Positions 52,385 to 58,420 of a DNA stretch of 58,420 nt are shown in pieces. Source of the stretch: Chloroflexota bacterium (GTDB lineage: Bacteria > Chloroflexota > Dehalococcoidia > UBA2247 > JAUWOP01); NCBI GenBank assembly GCA_030612045.1, contig JAUWOP010000003.1, forward strand, positions 1 to 58,420, given 5' to 3'. The notes beneath the pieces were generated by a model. That model made no database searches. It was given only the letters and a program-made list of their open reading frames with translations, and was not told where the DNA came from. How positions within the stretch are numbered: position 1 is the stretch's first letter; each line of letters begins with the position of its first letter. The position numbers and the translations under genes were made by a program.

Positions 52385-52936
52385 GTGAAAGTAGCACTAA
52401 GAGGGAGGGATAATAGTATTATTGATGGTGGAGGAGAGGTGAAGCCGACAACTGCTCCTAAGCATATCTTAACTGCGGTGGTAAATGATAAGCCGGGGGT
52501 GCTCAACAAGGTATCCAGTCTCTTCAGGCGCCGTGGCTTCAATATTGAGAGTATAACAGTGGGTGCCAGTGAAGCACCGGGGTTTTCCCGTATGATAGTA
52601 GTAGTGCGAGGGGATACTCCTGTTGTGGAGCAGGTAAGGAAACAACTCGATAAATTGATTGATGTAGTTAAGGTTACTGATATCTCGGAGAGTAGCATCG
52701 TAGCACGAGAGTTGGCTCTGATTAAGGTGAAGTCTACACCCGCCACCCGCAGTGAAATCATGCAAATTGTGGACATCTTCCGGGCGAATATTATAGATGT
52801 GGCATCTGATTCTGTAGTCGTGGAGGCTACCGGCGATGGAGACAAGATTGAGTCATTGCTTCACCTCCTCAAGGATTTTGGCATCAAGGAGATTACCCAT
52901 ACCGGGTGTGTAGCAATGACACGAGGTGTGGTTTGA
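52385..52936 (+). CDS. ilvN: acetolactate synthase small (regulatory) subunit
   Basis: ACT domain HILTAVVNDKPGVLNKVSSLFRRRGFNIESITVG and an ALS_ss_C region. The start may lie a few codons further in. Confidence 0.85.
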   Translation: MKVALRGRDNSIIDGGGEVKPTTAPKHILTAVVNDKPGVLNKVSSLFRRRGFNIESITVGASEAPGFSRMIVVVRGDTPVVEQVRKQLDKLIDVVKVTDISESSIVARELALIKVKSTPATRSEIMQIVDIFRANIIDVASDSVVVEATGDGDKIESLLHLLKDFGIKEITHTGCVAMTRGVV

Positions 52937-53142
52937 ACCTCTCTCCTGCTATTAACGGAGTAAAGTACAATAGAGAGAGATTTTGGGGTAGGGATAGGGA
53001 GTACGGGGGTCTCTGTCTCCAGCTATATCTTTATACTTTGTTGCAGGACCAGGTCGCATCTTTGGTGTTGCCTACCTTATAGTGATATTGGGTAGGTGGC
53101 TTTTAATCTTTAATTATAAGTCAATAGTAAAGGGAGTAAATT

Positions 53143-54537
53143 ATGAAAGTCTCAGTTGAAGAGAAGCCCGATAGAATGGTAGAGCTTTATGTGGAGGCTG
53201 ACCCGGAGGAAATCGAGGAGTCAATGAAAGCTACCTACCATCGTTTAGTAGGAAGGGTGAATATACCTGGTTTTCGTCGGGGCAAGGCTCCACGGCCCAT
53301 ACTAGAGCAATATGTTGGCAGGAATTCAATACTACTGGAGGCTATTGATTACTTGATGCCTAAACTGTGTGCAGAGGCATTGCAGGAACATGACCTTGAG
53401 ATTATTGACACGCCAGAGTTTAACATTGTTGAGCGTGAACCATTAAAATTCAAAGCCACGGTTACTCTAACTCCCTTAGTTAAATTGGGGGATTATCAAC
53501 AGATAAGAATGATGCCAGAAGAGGTTGAAGTTACCGAAGAGGATATTAATAGAGCAATGGAATCTCTCCGTGACCACTATGCCACGTGGGAATCCGTAGA
53601 GCGAAGGGCAGAGATAGGAGATAGCGTAATTATTGATATGGAGGGAGGTTGTGAAGGAGACCCTCCACAGCTTCTTCCTAATCAGCAAGCTATCTTACTT
53701 GAGGATGCCCATGTACCAATACCTGAGCTTACTGCACAGATAAAAGGGATGGAGAAAGAGGAAGAGCGTGAGGTAACACTTCATTATCCCTATGACTATG
53801 CTGATATACCAAGCCTTGCAGGGAAAACATGTTGCTTCAAGATAAAGGCTAAAGAAATCAAGGAGAAACGTCTTCCTGAATTAGACGATGAGTTTGCAAA
53901 AACCGTTGGTGAGGAATTCGATACCCTGCAGGCGCTTCGAGAGCAAGTTACTAATAAAATCCGAATTACCAAGCAGAGAGAAGCAATGGAGCGATTTGAC
54001 AGAGATTTGATATCAGAGTTGGTTTTCCAATGTGAGGTTCAAATCCCTCCCGCAATGGTAGAACGAGAAATAAACTACTCTCTACAAGAGGAAGGAAGGA
54101 AATTTGGTGAGGGTCGTGAAGGAATAGAGAAATACCTGACAGATGTTGGAGTAACAGAGAATCAGATGAGAGACACAGTGTTTCAGCCTATTGAGACCAA
54201 TATAACTCGGGGGGTGGTCCTGAATGAAGTGGGTAAGAAGGAAGGGATTGAGGTAAACTCGTCAGAGATAGATGAGATTATCGAGGGTATGGCTCGGGAG
54301 CGAGAAAAGGAAGGGGCTGAATATGAAGCAGTAAAGTCAGCACTTAACACAAAGGAGATGCGTTGGTATATGCACGAGAAACTTCTTGAGGATAGAATAA
54401 TGCAATTCCTGCGGAATATAGCAACTGCTCCAACAGCACCTGTAGTACAATCAGAGGAAGTCACAGGGAATGCTACTAGTACTTCGGAGTCATGTGAAGA
54501 AGAACCAGAATTAGAGACGACTCAACAAGCTGAATAA
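53143..54537 (+). CDS. tig: trigger factor
   Basis: [11 protein letters not shown] ribosome-binding signature, a PPIase-like middle and a helical C-domain, with an acidic tail. 464 aa. Confidence 0.9.
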   Translation: MKVSVEEKPDRMVELYVEADPEEIEESMKATYHRLVGRVNIPGFRRGKAPRPILEQYVGRNSILLEAIDYLMPKLCAEALQEHDLEIIDTPEFNIVEREPLKFKATVTLTPLVKLGDYQQIRMMPEEVEVTEEDINRAMESLRDHYATWESVERRAEIGDSVIIDMEGGCEGDPPQLLPNQQAILLEDAHVPIPELTAQIKGMEKEEEREVTLHYPYDYADIPSLAGKTCCFKIKAKEIKEKRLPELDDEFAKTVGEEFDTLQALREQVTNKIRITKQREAMERFDRDLISELVFQCEVQIPPAMVEREINYSLQEEGRKFGEGREGIEKYLTDVGVTENQMRDTVFQPIETNITRGVVLNEVGKKEGIEVNSSEIDEIIEGMAREREKEGAEYEAVKSALNTKEMRWYMHEKLLEDRIMQFLRNIATAPTAPVVQSEEVTGNATSTSESCEEEPELETTQQAE

Positions 54538-54548
54538 GGGGGTTAGGG

Positions 54549-55160
54549 ATGGACAGGCAATTTTCAAACATAATTCCAATGGTAGTTGAAACCGATGTTC
54601 GAGGAGAACGAGCCTTTGATATATATTCCCTGCTGCTTAAGGAGCGTATTATCTTCATTGGCATGCCCATAAATGACCAGGTAGCTAACCTGGTAGTTGC
54701 CCAGCTACTCTATCTGGAGAGGGAGGATTCTGATAGAGACATAAATCTCTATATCAATTGTCCTGGTGGGGTAATCAATGCCGGATTTGCAATTTATGAT
54801 ACCATGCAGCTTATTAAACCAGATGTGATTACTACTTGTGTTGGCTTAGCTGCCAGCATGGGGACGGTACTTCTGACAGCTGGTACCAAGGGGAAACGAT
54901 ATGCACTGCCTAATGCTACCATTCATTTGCATCAAGCGATGGGTGGTGCCCAAGGGCAGGCTACCGATGTGGCTATTGCTGCCAAGGAGATTATGCGGCT
55001 GCAGAATAATATACAGGAGATTCTTGCTTTACATACAGGACAGCCCAAGGACAAGATTGCACGTGATACCGACCGTGACTTCTATCTCACTCCAGAACAG
55101 GCGGTGGAATATGGAATCATTGACGAAGTTCTGACAAAATCACCTCCGAGTCAAGAGTAA
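54549..55160 (+). CDS. clpP: ATP-dependent Clp protease proteolytic subunit
   Basis: ERIIFIG, GLAASMG (Ser), IHLHQAMGG (His), RDTDRDFYL (Asp). 203 aa. Confidence 0.95.
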   Translation: MDRQFSNIIPMVVETDVRGERAFDIYSLLLKERIIFIGMPINDQVANLVVAQLLYLEREDSDRDINLYINCPGGVINAGFAIYDTMQLIKPDVITTCVGLAASMGTVLLTAGTKGKRYALPNATIHLHQAMGGAQGQATDVAIAAKEIMRLQNNIQEILALHTGQPKDKIARDTDRDFYLTPEQAVEYGIIDEVLTKSPPSQE

Positions 55161-55188
55161 CAGAGATAATATAGAGCCTTTATCTCTG
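55161..55188. terminator. bidirectional hairpin between convergent clpP and leuC
   Basis: CAGAGATAA-tatagagcct-TTATCTCTG fills the 30-nt gap between the two stop codons. Confidence 0.5.
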
Positions 55189-55190
55189 TC

Positions 55191-56465
55191 TCAATCCCCT
55201 AGCTCTTCGGGGCTGGCGATACGTCCTATGATAGCGCTGGCAGCTGCCACAGCAGGATTAGCCAAATAGACTTCCGACTGAGGGCTGCCCATCCTCCCTA
55301 CAAAATTACGGTTAGTAGTAGAGAGACATCGCTCACCTGCGGCAAGAACACCCATATGTCCACCTAAACAGGGACCACAGGTGGGAGTACTCACTATCGC
55401 TCCTGCTTCAATGAAGCGCTCAATTAAACCATCCCTTAATGCCTGGAGATAAACCTGTTGTGTGCCAGGTATGATAATGCAACGCACCCGAGGATGGACT
55501 CTCCTGTTCCGCAATACTTCAGCAGCAACACGCAGATCGCTAAGTCGTCCGTTAGTACAACTGCCTATTACCACCTGGTCAATCTCCACCCCTTTTTCGG
55601 CAGTATTTACATTTACCTGGCTCACTGGTTTAGTATTGGAGGGTAGAGGGGGGAATGCTACCTGAGGCTCAAGGTCAGAGACATCATACTCGATAACTTT
55701 AGCATAGCTGGCATCAACATCAGGTTCATAAGCTGTATAGCGACGATTTGTCCGGGACTGAAGATATGTGCGGCTTTTACCATCCAACCTGAATATTCCT
55801 GCCTTAGCTCCTGCCTCAATTGCCATATTCGCCATGGTGAAACGTCCATCCACAGAAAGTTGTTCTATCGCTTCACCATGGAATTCCATAGCGGAGTAGA
55901 GAGCGCCGTCAACGCCAATATCCCCTATGGTATAGAGAATCAGGTCTTTGCCACTAACCCACCTCTTCAGTTTTCCATGATAAATGAACTTGATAGTAGG
56001 TGGCACCTTCATCCAAATTTCTCCACATGCCATAGCAGAAGCAATATCAGTAGAGCCCATACCAGTAGCAAATGCTGACAGGGCACCATAGGTACAGGTG
56101 TGAGAATCAGCGCCAATAATTACTTCTCCGGGAAGAACTAAACCCTGCTCAGGAAGAAGCACATGTTCAATCCCCATTTGCCCCACCTCGAAGTAAATCA
56201 AACCTTGCTCCAAAGCAAACTCACGCATCATTTTCGCTTGCTCTGCAGAAGCAATATCTTTGTTGGGAACAAAATGGTCGGGGACCATTACAATCTTTCG
56301 GGGATCAAAGACCTTCTCCACACCAATACGCTGGAACTCTCTGATAGCAATTGGGGCAGTGATGTCATTTGCCAGTATAAGGTCAACCTTTACATTAATG
56401 AGTTCACCAGGGCTGACGCTATCCCTACCAGCGTGAGCAGCCAGAATCTTCTCAACTAAAGTCAT
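55191..56465 (-). CDS. leuC: 3-isopropylmalate (or homoaconitate) dehydratase large subunit
   Basis: [11 protein letters not shown]..., aconitase-family Cys ligands ([23 protein letters not shown]). 424 aa, short archaeal-type form. Confidence 0.85.
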   Translation of the reverse strand: MTLVEKILAAHAGRDSVSPGELINVKVDLILANDITAPIAIREFQRIGVEKVFDPRKIVMVPDHFVPNKDIASAEQAKMMREFALEQGLIYFEVGQMGIEHVLLPEQGLVLPGEVIIGADSHTCTYGALSAFATGMGSTDIASAMACGEIWMKVPPTIKFIYHGKLKRWVSGKDLILYTIGDIGVDGALYSAMEFHGEAIEQLSVDGRFTMANMAIEAGAKAGIFRLDGKSRTYLQSRTNRRYTAYEPDVDASYAKVIEYDVSDLEPQVAFPPLPSNTKPVSQVNVNTAEKGVEIDQVVIGSCTNGRLSDLRVAAEVLRNRRVHPRVRCIIIPGTQQVYLQALRDGLIERFIEAGAIVSTPTCGPCLGGHMGVLAAGERCLSTTNRNFVGRMGSPQSEVYLANPAVAAASAIIGRIASPEELGD

Positions 56466-56480
56466 CTCTATCCCTTTTTA

Positions 56481-56667
56481 GTAACCGTTCACTCACTCTC
56501 ATGTCATTGCGAGCTTTAGCGAAGCAATCTCATCGTTGCTTCCTTTCCCCACCAAGATTGCTTCGTCGCCTACGCTCCTCCTAAGGAACTCAGAGTTCCT
56601 TTCTGATATAACCCACCCAGCGCAGCGGCGGGTCGGATGCTCGCAATAATACAGGTGAACGATTACC
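56481..56667. repeat. composite nested repeat (GTAACCGTTCAC, family A, GC-rich hairpin module inverted relative to 16774..16848)
   Basis: GTAACCGTTCAC...GTCATTGCGAGC...GAAGCAATCTC...AAGATTGCTTCG...CCTAAGGAACTCAGAGTTCCTTTCTGATATAACCCACCCAGCGCAGCGGCGGGTCGGATGCTCGCAAT...GTGAACGATTACC. Confidence 0.7.
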
Positions 56668-57597
56668 CTTTTTAGATACTTAGGTACAGAATAACAAACC
56701 TACTCTGCTATTATACATATTGTAATAGTTTAGTTTTTCCAAAAGCTTAAGCCATAGTATATTCCCCCCTCCCCGCTGTCAAGCGTTTTTTGGGAGGTTG
56801 TTGATGTTCTACAATCTTGTCATCATCTAGCTGTTCTGGGAAAATTTGATGAGATTGACCTTGAGATAGAGCGCCTGGCTCAGCTTGTGAAAGAAGTTGA
56901 CACAGGTGTGTTTCTGTTGACAGTTCATAAGAAACACTTGGTAAAGGTGCAGCCGCTCTCTAAGGCAAACTTGCTGGATGTAGTCCGAGAACAGAATTTG
57001 ACCAGAAAGGCACTATGACTATAGAATGCATGGCTAAGAGGGATGGTTTTATGTCATGAGCCTTTACAAGGGAATCAAGAAGCTCATCTTGTGTTAGAAG
57101 GGACTATTGCTTGACGATTACGCATTCAGTAATTGGTATTCAATTATGTCGCATACAATCGAGAATGTGGTCGAGAAAGATGCCTAACAACTCCTTGCAA
57201 GTGACCGCTCTGGCGGTCACAAATTAAGCCCGATTCAGATATGACAGGCGTAAAATAGCCAAGGCCAACAAAGCAAAATCTGGCGGCGGGTGAGCTTGGT
57301 CGTTGTGGTGTAACAATACCATAAAATAATATGGTGGTTAGATAGTCCAATTAGACTTAGGTAGTTCATCACGTTGGCTATTGCTAGTGCACGGAGCGAA
57401 GGCGTCTTGACCCAGCGAAATGTCTTGCGGCTTAACTTAGTTGGTGTCCGACCAGCAGGTGATTCTGCGTATTAGAACTGGATTGATTGACATCTTGTAG
57501 TCCGTGGATTAACATAGGCCCATAGAGGATATTACAAGGTGCAATAGGGTGATTCTGCAAACTCTTATGATTTTGCAGAAAGGATTTGTAGCTGAAA

Positions 57598-58284
57598 ATG
57601 ACTGAAGCCTTAATCACACCACAATTAATTGAATGGGCGCGTGAACGCTGTGGTTTAGATAAAGATACTGTTGCGGGGAAGCTCAAGATAAAGCCAGATA
57701 AGCTGGAAGCTTGGGAAAGAGGCAAAGAACATCCAACATTCCGACAAGCCCAAAGTTTGGCACATAAACTACATGTCCCATTCGGGTACTTATTCCTCTC
57801 CAAACCACTGGTAGAGAAGCTTCCATTACCTGACTTGCGGACTGTAGTTGGCACACCACCACGTCTGCCTAGCCCAGATTTCTCCGACTTATTAAACGAT
57901 GTTCTCAGAAAGCAACAATGGTACAGAGAGTACCAGGAGAGAGAAGGAGCAAGACCTGTTCAGTTTATAGATCGCTTCGATCTCAGTAGTAGCCCAGGAA
58001 TAATTGCTACAGATATTAGAAGAATACTAGATATCAGTGACAAGGTGCGTGAAAAATCTAAAAACTGGGAGCAATTCTTGTGGGAGTTCATTCGGAGGGC
58101 AGAGAATGCTGGGGTATTGGTTTTGCGCAGCGGCATAGTCGGGAACAATACCCTTCGTAAGTTGAATGTAGAGGAATTTCGTGGATTTGCTATAAGTGAT
58201 GAATTGGCTCCGGTTGTATTCATAAATGCTCAGGACGCGAAAGCTGCACAGATTTTTACTTTAGCGCATGAACTTGCACACTGA
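57598..58284 (+). pseudogene. XRE-HTH / ImmA-IrrE metallopeptidase fusion gene truncated just after HExxH
   Basis: N-terminal HTH (IEWARERCGLDKDTVAGKL...LEAWERG...TFRQAQSLAHKL). DUF4411-free ImmA/IrrE core ending ...AAQIFTLAHELAH, then TGA. The family normally continues for more than 100 aa, and the stop is supplied by the IS end. Confidence 0.65.
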
Positions 58285-58420
58285 GGTGGTCCCCAAATTT
58301 CGGACAGGTTGTTAAGAGCGGGTTTTGCTCCTAGAATACTAGAATACAAAGAGAGATAGGAGGAGCAGGACATGAAACAGAACCGCAGCAAGCACAGCCC
58401 ATCATTTAAAGCCAAAGTAG
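58282..58420 (+). mobile_element. left end of an IS3-family insertion sequence (runs off the window)
   Basis: TGAGGTGGTCCCCAAATTTCGGACAGG resembles IS3-family terminal inverted repeats (5'-TG..., compare IS911 TGAAGTGG...). About 90 nt later come an RBS GGAGGAG and an orfA-like start. Confidence 0.5.
58372..58420 (+). CDS. IS3-family transposase OrfA, first 16 codons only
   Basis: MKQNRSKHSPSFKAKV matches the typical OrfA N-terminus (basic residues, then S/TPEFKAKV). Truncated by the window end. Confidence 0.5.
   Translation, partial: MKQNRSKHSPSFKAKV

Noticed and set aside
52378-52845. 155-aa minus-strand ORF opposite ilvN
   Set aside because: It is antisense to a well-supported ACT-domain gene with no recognisable features, so it is a shadow ORF. 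The same reasoning applies to the many 60-110-aa ORFs opposite clpC, radA, ppdK, the methylase fragments and the surface-protein gene.
56770-57018. About 80-codon open frame (…LAVLGKFDEIDLEIERLAQLVKEVDTGVFLLTVHKKHLVKVQPLSKANLLDVVREQNLTRKAL*)
   Set aside because: There is no ATG/GTG/TTG start in frame. The GGGAGG-proximal ATG at 56804 is in another frame and stops after 8 codons. No family was recognised. It may be a gene fragment, but it is unsupported.
57432-57854. 140-aa minus-strand ORF
   Set aside because: It overlaps the well-formed XRE-HTH N-terminus on the opposite strand, and its Cys/Ser-rich sequence has no motif.
58282-58284. TGA read-through or recoding to extend the ImmA/IrrE ORF
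   Set aside because: Other well-supported genes in the window terminate with TGA (for example 11815..13107 and 10949..11761), so TGA is a stop here. The downstream in-frame peptide (GGPQISDRLLRAGFAPR…) ends quickly, and the DNA matches an IS3-type inverted repeat.

Overview
Bacterial chromosomal window with one tRNA, no rRNA and no CRISPR. The backbone is conserved housekeeping genes: tRNA-Asn, thiE, radA, clpC, ybeY-dnaX-ybaB-recR, an M16 peptidase, gatC / two ADP-forming acyl-CoA synthetase alpha-type paralogs / gatA, gltX, serS, lysS, ppdK, ilvD-ilvB-ilvN, tig-clpP and leuC. Four accessory patches interrupt it. (1) 9.0-16.7 kb is a decayed defence/TA patch: hsdR and recombinase remnants, hicBA with a frameshifted toxin, a HEPN-like ORF, a single-chain restriction-methylase gene split by a GIY-YIG element plus a DUF4258/DUF2283 pair, and an RHH antitoxin with a truncated PIN toxin. 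(2) 28.6-36.9 kb is the most interesting region. It is a plus-strand five-gene cluster wedged between gltX and serS and fronted by a promoter, a c-di-GMP-I-like riboswitch candidate and an intrinsic terminator. It encodes an HhH/beta-rich 649-aa protein, a small protein paralogous to the N-terminus of the next gene, a legumain-like (C13) caspase-fold protease with an EF-hand loop and an Ada-type Zn tail, a MoxR/CobS-class AAA+ ATPase, and a VWA-MIDAS partner. I do not recognise this combination as a named system. (3) 40.9-43.5 kb is a hicBA / DUF2283 / Mrr-like nuclease islet flanked by about 284-bp direct repeats of the ppdK 3' end. (4) 57.6-58.4 kb is an XRE-ImmA/IrrE gene cut right after its HExxH motif by an IS3-family element. 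Intergenic DNA is saturated with at least five families of nested palindromic MITE/REP-like repeats, and two of them sit in frame inside ppdK. ppdK also carries a 384-aa C-terminal extension containing a degenerate second copy of its PEP/pyruvate domain. All calls come from manual reading of the sequence and ORF track. No database or covariance-model search was possible.
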